Below, in pieces: positions 35,701 to 45,084 of a stretch of DNA of 64,000 nt (positions are counted from its first letter, which is position 1; each line of letters opens with the position of its first letter). The stretch is taken from the NCBI GenBank assembly GCA_963667785.2, contig CAXXMU010000006.1:768001-832000 (forward strand). The letters run 5' to 3'. Below the pieces are notes generated by a model. It saw nothing but the letters and a program-made list of their open reading frames with translations. It did not search any database and was not told the DNA's origin. The position numbers and the translations under genes are program-made. The stretch comes from Alphaproteobacteria bacterium. Lineage in GTDB: Bacteria > Pseudomonadota > Alphaproteobacteria > UBA828.

Positions 35701-37614
35701 ATGACCAGCCGCTACGACGAGACCTATGCCCGCTCGCTCAGGGACCCGGAGGGGTTTTGGGCCGAGGCGGCCGAGGCCATCGACTGGGAGAAGCGGTGGG
35801 ATCGCGTCTTCGACGGCTCGCGCCAGCCGTTCAACCGCTGGTTCCCGGGCGCCCGTGTCAACACCTGCCACAACGCGCTCGACCGCCACGTGGCGGCCGG
35901 CCGCGGCGCGCAGACGGCGCTGATCTACGACAGCCCGGTCACCGGCACCGTGCGGAGCTTCAGCTACGCCGAGCTCCAGGACCTCGCCGCCCGCTTCGCC
36001 GGCGCGCTCAGGAGCCGGGGCGTACGTGCGGGCGATCGCGTGGTCCTCTACATGCCGATGATCCCCGAAGCCGTCATCGCGATGCTGGCCTGCGCCCGCA
36101 TCGGCGCCGTCCATTCGGTGGTGTTCGGCGGCTTCGCGGCCAACGAGCTGGCGACGCGGATCGACGACGCCAGGCCGAAGATCATCGTCTGCGGCTCCTG
36201 CGGCATCGAGGTCAACCGCGTCATCCCCTACAAGCCGCTGCTGGACGAGGCGATCGAGCGGGCGAGCCACAAGCCGGACGCCTGCATCGTCGTGCAGCGG
36301 CCGGAGCAGGAGGCGCCGCTCGTCGCCGGCCGCGACGAGACCTGGGCCGACGTCATGGCCGGCGCGGACGCGGTCGACTGCGTGCCCGTCGCCGCCACCG
36401 ACCCGCTCTACATCCTCTACACCTCCGGCACCACCGGCGATCCCAAGGGCATCGTGCGCGACAATGGCGGGCACCTGGTGGTGCTCAACTGGAGCATGCA
36501 CGCCGTCTACAACCGCACGCCGGGCGAGGTGTGGTGGGCGGCGTCGGACATCGGCTGGGTGGTCGGCCACTCCTATATCGTCTACGCGCCGCTGGTCTAC
36601 GGCTGCCCCTCGATCCTCTTCGAGGGCAAGCCGGTGGGCACGCCCGACGCCGGCGCCTACTGGCGGCTGATCGCGGAGCACGGGGTGAGCGCCATGTTCA
36701 CAGCGCCGACGGCGTTCCGCGCGATCAAGCGCGAGGATCCCGACGCGGCACGTCTCGCTGACTACGACATCTCCTGCTTCGACACGCTCTTCCTCGCCGG
36801 CGAGCGCACCGATCCCGACACCCTCGCCTGGGCCGAGCGGCACCTGGAGCGCCCGGTCTACGACCACTGGTGGCAGACCGAATCCGGCTGGCCCATGGGC
36901 GCCAACTGCGCCGGCCTCGGCGCGCTGCCGGTCAAGCCCGGCTCGCCGACCAAGCCGGTGCCCGGCTACCGCATCGAGGTGGTGGACGAGGCGGGCGAGC
37001 AGGTGCCGCGGGGCGAGATCGGCGCGATCGTGGTCAAGCAGCCGCTGCCGCCGGGCTTCACGCCGACGCTCTGGAACAACGATGCGCGCTTCGAGGAGGT
37101 CTACTTCACCCGCTATCCCGGCTACTACGTGACGGGCGATGCCGGCGTCCTCGACGAGGACGGCTATCTCTGGATCATGAGCCGCACCGACGACATCATC
37201 AACGTCGCCGGCCATCGCCTCTCCACCGGCGCGATGGAGGAGGTGCTGGCGGCGCACCAGGACGTGGCCGAATGCGCCGTCGTCGGCGTCGCCGATGCGC
37301 TGAAGGGGCAGCTCCCGCTCGGCTTCGTGGTGCTGAAAGCCGGAGTCAACCGGCCGCCCGAGGAGATCGTGGCTGAGCTCGTGCGCATGGTGCGCGAGAG
37401 CATCGGCCCGGTCGCCGCCTTCAAGCAGGCGGCGGTGGTCGACCGCCTGCCCAAGACCCGCTCGGGCAAGATCCTGCGCAGCACCATGGCTAAGATCGCC
37501 GACGGCGAGACGGTCAAGACTCCGGCCACCATCGACGACCCGGCGATCCTGGGCGAGATCGCCGATGCCATCCGCCCGCTCGGCTACGGCAACGGCGCGC
37601 CCGCGGGAGATTAG
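35701..37614 (+). CDS. prpE: Propionyl-CoA synthetase
   Basis: YILYTSGTTGDPKGIVRDNGGH, DHWWQTESGW, SRTDDIINVAGHRLSTG, PKTRSGKILR. Confidence 0.88.
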   Translation: MTSRYDETYARSLRDPEGFWAEAAEAIDWEKRWDRVFDGSRQPFNRWFPGARVNTCHNALDRHVAAGRGAQTALIYDSPVTGTVRSFSYAELQDLAARFAGALRSRGVRAGDRVVLYMPMIPEAVIAMLACARIGAVHSVVFGGFAANELATRIDDARPKIIVCGSCGIEVNRVIPYKPLLDEAIERASHKPDACIVVQRPEQEAPLVAGRDETWADVMAGADAVDCVPVAATDPLYILYTSGTTGDPKGIVRDNGGHLVVLNWSMHAVYNRTPGEVWWAASDIGWVVGHSYIVYAPLVYGCPSILFEGKPVGTPDAGAYWRLIAEHGVSAMFTAPTAFRAIKREDPDAARLADYDISCFDTLFLAGERTDPDTLAWAERHLERPVYDHWWQTESGWPMGANCAGLGALPVKPGSPTKPVPGYRIEVVDEAGEQVPRGEIGAIVVKQPLPPGFTPTLWNNDARFEEVYFTRYPGYYVTGDAGVLDEDGYLWIMSRTDDIINVAGHRLSTGAMEEVLAAHQDVAECAVVGVADALKGQLPLGFVVLKAGVNRPPEEIVAELVRMVRESIGPVAAFKQAAVVDRLPKTRSGKILRSTMAKIADGETVKTPATIDDPAILGEIADAIRPLGYGNGAPAGD

Positions 37615-37761
37615 AGTGTGTCCGTTTTGCACGGAGACGCTCCCGCCTCTTTATCGCTCACGGCAGCCGGCCTGCGGCCGGCGCCTGCGCGGGCGCGCCG
37701 CAGGAGCGGCGGGCCGCAGTCGCGGCCTGTCGCGTATCCGCCAAAGACGGATACGCTCTAG
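37611..37761. repeat. TAGAGC-family palindromic interspersed repeat, copy B
   Basis: Near-identical to 10291-10441; its ends overlap the stop codons of both prpE and rsmD. Confidence 0.85.
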
Positions 37762-38327
37762 CCTGGCCGGGGCTCGCCGGAGGGACGAAGAATGGTGAGC
37801 GCGGTCCTGCCATAGCGGCGGTGGTCGCGCGGGGCGAGCGCTGCCGGCGGCTCGAAGGGGTCGTCCACCCCGTGCTCCACGACGACCGTGGCGTCCCCAG
37901 CGAGCCAGCCGCCGTCCACCAGGGCAGCCAGCGCGGGCACCGCGAGGTTGCTGCGCCAGGGCGGGTCGAGCAGCGCCAGGTCGCACGCCTGCTCGGCCGG
38001 CGGCAGGCGGGTCGCATCACAGGCGAGAACGGACGCGCGATCGCCGCAGCCCAGCGCCTCGATATTGGCGCGAAGCACGCCGCGCACGTCCGCCTCGCCT
38101 TCGACGGCGGTGAGCGCCGCGGCGCCGCGCGAGAGAGCCTCCAGCCCCAGCGCGCCGGTGCCCGCGAAGAGATCGACCACCCGCGCGCCTTCCAGCGGTC
38201 CCGCCATCCCGCCATGGACGAGGATGTCGAAGAGCGCCTCGCGCACCCGCTCGGCCGTGGGCCGCACCCGCGCGCCGGCCGGCGCGCGCAGCCGGCGGCC
38301 GCGCAGGCTACCGCCGACGATCCGCAC
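37758..38327 (-). CDS. rsmD: 16S rRNA m2G966 methyltransferase
   Basis: MRIVGGSLRGRRL, RPTAERVREALF, DLFAGTGALGLEALSRGA, DPPW. Confidence 0.92.
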   Translation of the reverse strand: MRIVGGSLRGRRLRAPAGARVRPTAERVREALFDILVHGGMAGPLEGARVVDLFAGTGALGLEALSRGAAALTAVEGEADVRGVLRANIEALGCGDRASVLACDATRLPPAEQACDLALLDPPWRSNLAVPALAALVDGGWLAGDATVVVEHGVDDPFEPPAALAPRDHRRYGRTALTILRPSGEPRPG

Positions 38328-39087
38328 CGGGCCCGCGCCTCTTGCCGCCGAGCTGGTCGCGCAGCACCCGCGCCGGTATTTCGGCGATCTCGCCGCGCGG
38401 CAGGTTACCGAGCTGGAAGGGCCCGTAGGCCGTGCGGATCAGGCGGCTCACCGGCAGGTCGAGATGGCCGAGCACGATGCGGATCTCGCGGTAGCGGCCC
38501 TCGGTGAGCGTGAGGGTAAGCCAGGCGTTGCGCCGGTTCTGCCGGTCGAGCTCGGCCTCGATGGGGCGATAGCGGACGCCGCCTGCGGTAATCCCCCTGG
38601 CGAGCGCCTCCAGCGCATCCTGCCCGGGCTCGCCGCGCACGCGCACCCGGTAGCGGCGCCGCCAGCCTTTCGCGGGATGCTCGAGAGTACGCGCGAGCGC
38701 GCCGTCGTTGGTGAGCAGCAACAGCCCTTCGGAGTTGAAATCGAGCCGCCCGACCGAGAGAACGTGGCCGAGGCGATCCGCGACCTTCTCGAACACGGTC
38801 GGCCGGCCCTGCGGGTCGCGGTGGCTGGTGATGAGGCCCGGCGGCTTGTGGTAGCGCCAGAGCCGGGCCGGCGCAGGCGCCGGCAGCGGGGCGCCGTCCA
38901 CAGTGATCGGGCTCGCATCGTCGACGTTGATCGCCGGATCGGAGACCACGGTGCCGCCCAGCGTGACGCGGCCTGCGGCGATCAGCCGCTCGGCGTCGCG
39001 GCGCGAGCAGAGCCCGGCCCGGGCGATCCGCTTGGCGATGCGCTCGCCGGAGGGGCTCGCTCTGGATTGCGGGCGCTTAGCCCGCAT
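38308..39087 (-). CDS. rluB: rRNA pseudouridine synthase, RsuA/RluB family
   Basis: S4 domain ERIAKRIARAGLCSRRDAE, VGRLDFNSEGLLLLTNDG, EGRYREIR; start uncertain. Confidence 0.85.
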   Translation of the reverse strand: MRAKRPQSRASPSGERIAKRIARAGLCSRRDAERLIAAGRVTLGGTVVSDPAINVDDASPITVDGAPLPAPAPARLWRYHKPPGLITSHRDPQGRPTVFEKVADRLGHVLSVGRLDFNSEGLLLLTNDGALARTLEHPAKGWRRRYRVRVRGEPGQDALEALARGITAGGVRYRPIEAELDRQNRRNAWLTLTLTEGRYREIRIVLGHLDLPVSRLIRTAYGPFQLGNLPRGEIAEIPARVLRDQLGGKRRGPGADRRR

Positions 39088-39124
39088 TTCTCACCATGCT
39101 CCGACCCCGACGTGAGAAGGCGGG
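39081..39124. mobile_element. Collapsed/degenerate copy of the CCCGCATTTCTCAC MITE family
   Basis: TTAG-CCCGCATTTCTCACCATG...GTGAGAAGGCGGG; overlaps the predicted rluB start. Confidence 0.65.
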
Positions 39125-39376
39125 CGTTCTCCCGCTCCCGGACAGTGCCGGCGGGCCGGGCATGGTGGCACGGGGGGCGCACGCGATCCAGCGGGCGGCG
39201 CCCGGCGTGAGCGGCGCAAAACGTTTGCGCAGGTCCGGGTCTCGCTCTACTGTTTCCGTCCGGCCCGGAAGCGGATGGCATCGTCGCCCGAGTGGCGCTG
39301 GCAGCCGGTCGACGCGGTGCGTCTTGAGCGAAGCACGTGCCGGCTCCGGGGCCGGGCTGACGACGCGGAGGGAGAG

Positions 39377-39970
39377 ATGTTCCGGCGCAAGGGCAGCGAT
39401 CAGGACGAGGAGCTCCGCGGCCAAGAAGCCGACGAGAACCGCGAGCCCGGCGGCGCGTTCGAGGCCCCGCAGGAGCGTGGGGTGCCGAGCAAGACCGTCA
39501 TGTTTCACCCGGACGTGCCGCGCGCAGGCGTCCCCGACATCGTGCCGGCGGATCCGCCGAAGCGGGTGGAGAGCGACCCCAAGCGGCTGACCGTGGGCCG
39601 GGAAACCACCATCTCCGGCGGTACCATCGTGGATTGCGACCGCCTGACGGTGGAAGGCGTCGTCGACGCCACGGTGCCGGAGGGCCGGGTGCTGGAGATC
39701 GTGAAGGGCGGCTCCTTCAAGGGCAGCGCGACGGTCGACAACGCCGACATCGCCGGCACGTTCGAGGGCGAGCTCAAGGTCAAGAAGCGGCTCTTCATCC
39801 GGGCGTCCGGCCGGGTCTCGGGGACCATCCGCTACGGCCAGTTCGAGGTCGAGCGGGGCGGGCGCATCGAGGGCAGCATCGAGTACGACCCGGCGGACCG
39901 CGAGGCTGACCTGCAGCCGGTGGCCCTGCCGCAGGCAGCCGACGGCACCGCCGCACCGCAGGGAGACTGA
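39377..39970 (+). CDS. Bactofilin (polymer-forming cytoskeletal protein)
   Basis: LTVGRETTISGG..DRLTVEG..ADIAGTFEGEL..GRVSGTIRYGQFEVERGGRIEG beta-helix repeats; RBS GGAGAG. Confidence 0.85.
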   Translation: MFRRKGSDQDEELRGQEADENREPGGAFEAPQERGVPSKTVMFHPDVPRAGVPDIVPADPPKRVESDPKRLTVGRETTISGGTIVDCDRLTVEGVVDATVPEGRVLEIVKGGSFKGSATVDNADIAGTFEGELKVKKRLFIRASGRVSGTIRYGQFEVERGGRIEGSIEYDPADREADLQPVALPQAADGTAAPQGD

Positions 39971-39977
39971 GCCGGGC

Positions 39978-40700
39978 TCAGCGCTTGCGCCGGCCGGGTC
40001 GGGCCCGGCCTTTCCCGCCCGCCTTCCGCACCGGCTTGTCGTCCGCTTGCGCCGGCGGCGTGCCGTCCGCCGTCGTCTTGGCCGAATAGCCGCAGAGATC
40101 GTGCACGCAGCAGGCCGCGCAATCCGGCGTGCGCGCCTTGCAGACATAGCGGCCGTGCAGGATCAGCCAGTGATGCGCATGCTGCTTGAAGCGCTCGGGC
40201 ACGACGGCGTTGAGGCCGTCCTCGACCGCGCGCGGCGTCTTTCCCGGCGCGAGCCCGCTCCGGTTCGCGAGCCGGAAGATGTGGGTATCGACCGCGATGG
40301 TGGGCTCGCCGAAGACCGTGTTGAGCACCACGTTGGCGGTCTTGCGGCCGACCCCCGGCAAGGCCTCCAGCGCGGCGCGATCGGCGGGGACGCGGCCGCC
40401 GTGCTCCTCGACCAGCGCCCGGCTGAGCGCGATTACGTTCTTCGCCTTGGTATTGAAGAGGCCGATGGTCTTGATGTGCTCCTTCAGCCGCTCCTCGCCG
40501 AGAGCGAGCATGGCGGCCGGCGTCTCGACCTCGGCGAAGAGCGCCCTGGTCGCCTTGTTCACCCCCTTGTCGGTCGCCTGGGCGGACAGCACCACGGCGA
40601 CGAGCAGGGTGTAGGGGTTGCGGTAGTCGAGCTCGGTGGTCGGTGCGTCGATACGCGCGGCGAGCCGTTCGAAGAAGGCGGTGACAGCGGCGTCCTTCAT
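39978..40700 (-). CDS. nth: Endonuclease III
   Basis: LSAQATDKGVN, LPGVGRKTANVVL, VDTHIFR, C-x6-C-x2-C-x5-C. Confidence 0.95.
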   Translation of the reverse strand: MKDAAVTAFFERLAARIDAPTTELDYRNPYTLLVAVVLSAQATDKGVNKATRALFAEVETPAAMLALGEERLKEHIKTIGLFNTKAKNVIALSRALVEEHGGRVPADRAALEALPGVGRKTANVVLNTVFGEPTIAVDTHIFRLANRSGLAPGKTPRAVEDGLNAVVPERFKQHAHHWLILHGRYVCKARTPDCAACCVHDLCGYSAKTTADGTPPAQADDKPVRKAGGKGRARPGRRKR

Positions 40701-40847
40701 GGGCCGTGCAGGGTATCGTGACGGGCCGCCGGCGCAAGGCAGGGCGCCCGGCGAGCGGCAGCGGCGCTTGCATCCGCCGGGGGCCGCGGATAGGGTGGCG
40801 CGCGCCGGCGGGCGGGCAACCGCCGGCTCACGAGAGGAGTGAGGCGC

Positions 40848-41234
40848 ATGGCACGCGTGACGGTCGAGGATTGCGTCCGGATGGTCCCCAACCGGTTCGA
40901 GCTCGTGCTGCTCGCGTCTCAGCGCGCCCGCGACATCCGTTCGGGCGCCGAACTGGCGGTCGAGAAGGACAACGACAAGAACGCCGTCATCGCGCTCCGC
41001 GAGATCGCCGAGGAGGCGATCGACCTCGAGACGCTCCGCCACGAGCTGGAGCACGGGCGGGAAGTCGACGCCGATATCGACGAGCCGGACGAAGATGCCA
41101 TGGCGGTGCTGGCGGCCGAGGCCGCCTGGGCCGGCGTGACCGGCCAGTCGGCGGCCCCGAACGACGCCGACGAGAACGACGGCGAGGACGTCCCATCCGA
41201 AGAGCCGGAGACCGAGGCGGAAGCGGAGGAGTAG
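40848..41234 (+). CDS. rpoZ: RNA polymerase omega subunit
   Basis: [35 protein letters not shown]. Confidence 0.95.
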   Translation: MARVTVEDCVRMVPNRFELVLLASQRARDIRSGAELAVEKDNDKNAVIALREIAEEAIDLETLRHELEHGREVDADIDEPDEDAMAVLAAEAAWAGVTGQSAAPNDADENDGEDVPSEEPETEAEAEE

Positions 41235-41325
41235 CGCCGGCCGGCGGCGCATCGGGGGTCGCAGGGCCGCAGCCCGCCCGCGTGCGGCCGGCCCTCGCCC
41301 GCGCCGGGCGAGCGCTTCAGCGGCC

Positions 41326-43476
41326 GTGATCCGGCAATACGAACTCGTCGAGCGCGTCAAGAGCTACGAGCCCACCGCGGACGAGGCTCTGCTGAACCGC
41401 GCCTACGTCTTCTCCATAAAGGCGCACGGCAAGCAGACCCGCGCCAGCGGCGACCCCTACTTCGCCCATCCCATCGAGGTCGCCGGCATCCTGACCGAGC
41501 TCAAGCTCGACAGCACCTCCATCGCCACCGCGCTGCTCCACGACACCGTCGAGGACACCGGCGCTACCATCGACGACATCAGCAAGCTCTTCGGCGAGGA
41601 GACCGCGCGCCTCGTCGACGGCGTGACCAAGCTGGGCCAGCTGGAGCTGCAGTCGGACCAGGCGCGGCAGGCGGAGAACCTGCGCAAGTTCCTGCTCGCC
41701 ATGTCGGAGGACATCCGCGTCCTCCTCGTCAAGCTGGCCGACCGGCTGCACAACATGCGCACGCTCCACCACGTGCCCGACGAGGACAAGCGCCGCCGCA
41801 TCGCCATGGAGACGATGGAGATCTACGCGCCGCTGGCGGAGCGGATCGGCCTGCAGCCCTTCAAGGCGGAGCTGGAGGATCTCGCCTTCAAGGAGCTCAA
41901 CCCGGTCGGCTTCAGCTCGATGGAGGCGCGGCTCGACTCGTTGCGCGACCAGGCCGGCGGCATGGTGGAGAGGGTGACCGAATCGCTTACGGCGACGCTC
42001 AGGAGCCAGCGTCTCCGCGCCTCCGTCTCCGGACGCGAGAAGCGGCCCTACTCGATCTGGCAGAAGATGCAGCGCAAGAAGCTCGCCTTCGAGCAGCTCA
42101 CCGACATCGTGGGCTTCCGCGTCGTCACCGATGCCGAGGAGGACTGCTACCGGGCGCTCGGTATCGTCCACCGCGCCTATCCGATGGTACCGGGGCGCTT
42201 CAAGGACTACATCTCGACGCCCAAGCCCAACGGCTACCGCTCGCTCCACACCACCGTCATCGGGCCCGAGCAGCGGCGCATCGAGATCCAGATCCGCACG
42301 CGGGACATGCACGAGGAGGCGGAGTACGGCGTCGCCGCCCACTGGCTGTTCAAGCAGGCGGACGAGGGGCGCGACGACCGCCAGCAGCGCTGGCTGCGCC
42401 CCCTGCTCGAGATCCTCGACAAGGCCGCCGGGCCCGAGGAGCTGCTGGAGCACACCAAGCTGGAGATGTTCCAGGACGAGGTGTTCTGCTTTTCCCCGCG
42501 CGGCGCGCTGATCACGCTCCCGCGCGGCGCCACCCCGGTCGACTTCGCCTACGCGGTGCACACCGACGTGGGCGACACCACGGTCGGCGCCAAGGTCAAC
42601 GGGCGCCTGGTGCCGCTCTGGACCCAGCTTGAGAACGGCGATCAGGTCGAGATCCTGCGCTCCAGCGTGCCGCAGCCGCAGCCGGCCTGGGAGAGCTTCG
42701 TCGCGACCGGCAAGGCGCGCGCCTGCATCCGCCGCTTCACCCGGCTGAAGGAGCGCGAGCAGTTCGTGACCCTCGGCCGGGCGGTTGCGGAAAAGCTCTT
42801 TCGCGAGGCCGGCGCCGACTATTCCGAGGCGCTGCTGGAGAGCGCGCTCAAGCCGCTCAAGCAGCGCAGCACGGGCGATCTGCTGGCCGCGCTCGGACGC
42901 GGCGACCTGACCAGCGGCGAGGTCGCCGATACCCTCTTCCCCGCCCGCAGGCTCCAGGGCATCGCGCGACGCGCGCTCTCGGTGGCGCGGGGGCGGCGCG
43001 GCGCCAAGGCCGGCGACAGCGGCATACCGGTGCGCGGCCTGATCCCGGGCATGGCGGTGCATCTCGCCGAGTGCTGCAACCCGCTGCCCGGCGAGCGGAT
43101 CGTCGGCATCGTCACCACCGGCAAGGGGGCGACGATCCACACCATCGACTGCGACACGCTGGAGAGCTTCGGCGACACGCCCGAGCGCTGGCTCGATCTC
43201 GCCTGGGAGGCGGACGCGGAAGAGAAGGGCGTGCATGTCGGCCGTCTCAACCTCGTCGTCGCCAACGAGACCGGCAGCTTGAGTAAGCTAACGACAGCAA
43301 TTGCCAAGAACAACGGAAACATAAGTAATCTCAAAATAACCAATCGGTCTCTCGATTTTTTCGAGATGATGGTCGATGTCGAGGTAAAGGACGTTCGTCA
43401 CCTCGGAAATATTGTAGCAGCCTTGCGTGCAGTCACACCCGTGAGCAGCGTCGAGCGCGAGCGGACGCGACACTGA
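41326..43476 (+). CDS. spoT: Bifunctional (p)ppGpp synthetase/hydrolase (Rel/SpoT)
   Basis: HD domain LLHDTVEDT, KLADRLHNMRT, RFKDYI..KPNGYRSLHT, TGS and ACT domains; follows rpoZ. Confidence 0.95.
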   Translation: MIRQYELVERVKSYEPTADEALLNRAYVFSIKAHGKQTRASGDPYFAHPIEVAGILTELKLDSTSIATALLHDTVEDTGATIDDISKLFGEETARLVDGVTKLGQLELQSDQARQAENLRKFLLAMSEDIRVLLVKLADRLHNMRTLHHVPDEDKRRRIAMETMEIYAPLAERIGLQPFKAELEDLAFKELNPVGFSSMEARLDSLRDQAGGMVERVTESLTATLRSQRLRASVSGREKRPYSIWQKMQRKKLAFEQLTDIVGFRVVTDAEEDCYRALGIVHRAYPMVPGRFKDYISTPKPNGYRSLHTTVIGPEQRRIEIQIRTRDMHEEAEYGVAAHWLFKQADEGRDDRQQRWLRPLLEILDKAAGPEELLEHTKLEMFQDEVFCFSPRGALITLPRGATPVDFAYAVHTDVGDTTVGAKVNGRLVPLWTQLENGDQVEILRSSVPQPQPAWESFVATGKARACIRRFTRLKEREQFVTLGRAVAEKLFREAGADYSEALLESALKPLKQRSTGDLLAALGRGDLTSGEVADTLFPARRLQGIARRALSVARGRRGAKAGDSGIPVRGLIPGMAVHLAECCNPLPGERIVGIVTTGKGATIHTIDCDTLESFGDTPERWLDLAWEADAEEKGVHVGRLNLVVANETGSLSKLTTAIAKNNGNISNLKITNRSLDFFEMMVDVEVKDVRHLGNIVAALRAVTPVSSVERERTRH

Positions 43477-43590
43477 GCCGGCATCCGGGGCCGCCGCCGG
43501 GGGGCCGCAAATTGATAAATCGGCGCCCCGGACGTATCATCCGTGACCGCCGCCGCGCGCCGGCGCGGAGCGAACAGGGAGGGAGCCAGG

Positions 43591-44925
43591 GTGTCCCAGG
43601 CACACCAGACGGGTCTCACGGAGCGGGAGGACGAGCCGGCGAGCGCCGAGCTGACCGACCGGGAGACGGGAGGCACGGTCGATCTGCCGGTCCTCGAGGG
43701 CACGATGGGGCCGGCGGTGATCGACATCCGCTCGCTCTACGCCGGCACGGGCAAGTTCTCCTACGACCCGGGCTACACCTCGACCGGCTCGTGCAAGTCC
43801 AACATCACCTATATCGACGGCGAGCAGGGCGTGCTGCTGCACCGCGGCTATCCCATCGACGAGCTGGCGGCCTACAGCGACTTCCTCGAGGTCGCCTACC
43901 TGCTGCTCCACGGCGAGCTGCCCAACGCGGGCGAGAAGAACGGCTTCGTCGACACCATCACCCACCACACGATGGTGCACGAGCAGATCAACTATCTCTA
44001 TCGCGGCTTCCGCCGCGATTCCCACCCGATGGCGGTGATGATCGGCGTGGTCGGCGCGCTCGCCGCCTTCTATCACGACACCACCGATATCGAGGATCCC
44101 AAGCAGCGCATGATCGCCTCGCACCGGCTGATCGCGAAGATGCCGACCTTCGCGGCGATGGCGTACAAGTACAATATCGGCCAGCCCTTCGTGTATCCGC
44201 GCAACGACCTCACCTACGCCGAGAACTTCCTGCACATGATGTTCGCGGTGCCGTGCGAGGACTATCAGATCAACCCGATCCACGCGCGGGCGATGGACCG
44301 CATCCTGATCCTCCACGCTGACCATGAGCAGAACGCCTCGACATCGACGGTGCGGCTCGCGGGCTCCTCGGGCGCCAACCCCTATGCCTGCATCGCGGCC
44401 GGCATCGCGACGCTGTGGGGGCCGGCCCACGGCGGCGCCAACGAGGCGGTCCTCCAGATGCTCGAGGAGATCGGCACGGTCGACCAGATCCCGGCCTTCA
44501 TCGCGCGGGCGAAGGACAAGGACGATTCCTTCCGGCTCATGGGCTTCGGCCACCGGGTCTACAAGAACTACGACCCCCGTGCGACGGTCCTGCGGGAGAC
44601 CTGCCACGAGGTCCTCGACGATCTCGGCATCAGCGACGAGCTGCTCAGGATCGCCATGGAGCTGGAGCGGATCGCGCTGGAGGACGAGTATTTCGTCGAG
44701 CGGAAGCTCTACCCCAACGTCGACTTCTACTCGGGCCTCATCCTGCAGGCGCTCGGCATCCCGACCCGCATCTTCACGGTGATCTTCGCGCTCGCGCGCA
44801 CCGTCGGCTGGGTGGCGCAGTGGAACGAGATGATCGGGGATCCCGAGCAGAAGATCGGCAGGCCGCGCCAGCTCTACACCGGACCGGCGCAGCGCCCCTT
44901 CCTCCCGCTGAGGGAGCGGCCGTAG
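43591..44925 (+). CDS. gltA: Citrate synthase (type II)
   Basis: [52 protein letters not shown]; GTG start after GGAGGGAG. Confidence 0.95.
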   Translation: MSQAHQTGLTEREDEPASAELTDRETGGTVDLPVLEGTMGPAVIDIRSLYAGTGKFSYDPGYTSTGSCKSNITYIDGEQGVLLHRGYPIDELAAYSDFLEVAYLLLHGELPNAGEKNGFVDTITHHTMVHEQINYLYRGFRRDSHPMAVMIGVVGALAAFYHDTTDIEDPKQRMIASHRLIAKMPTFAAMAYKYNIGQPFVYPRNDLTYAENFLHMMFAVPCEDYQINPIHARAMDRILILHADHEQNASTSTVRLAGSSGANPYACIAAGIATLWGPAHGGANEAVLQMLEEIGTVDQIPAFIARAKDKDDSFRLMGFGHRVYKNYDPRATVLRETCHEVLDDLGISDELLRIAMELERIALEDEYFVERKLYPNVDFYSGLILQALGIPTRIFTVIFALARTVGWVAQWNEMIGDPEQKIGRPRQLYTGPAQRPFLPLRERP

Positions 44926-44943
44926 ACGCCAGCCCGCAGGGAA

Positions 44944-45019
44944 TGGCGTCCCCAGGGGGACTCGAACCCCCGTTTCCGGCGTGAGAGGCCGGTGTCCTAG
45001 GCCACTAGACGATGGGGAC
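44944..45019 (-). tRNA. tRNA-Glu (anticodon CTC)
   Basis: Reverse complement GTCCCCATCGTCTAGTGGCCTAGGACACCGGCCTCTCACGCCGGAAACGGGGGTTCGAGTCCCCCTGGGGACGCCA forms a cloverleaf with an encoded CCA. Confidence 0.96.
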
Positions 45020-45084
45020 GCGGCCCACCGGGGATACCCCAGAAAGGCCGCGAACTCAACAGCCCGCGCGCGGCAGGCTGCGGG

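Noticed and set aside
39166-39180. Sigma54-like TGGCAC-N7-GC upstream of bactofilin
   Set aside because: Lacks the TT of TTGC and is easily a chance match in GC-rich DNA
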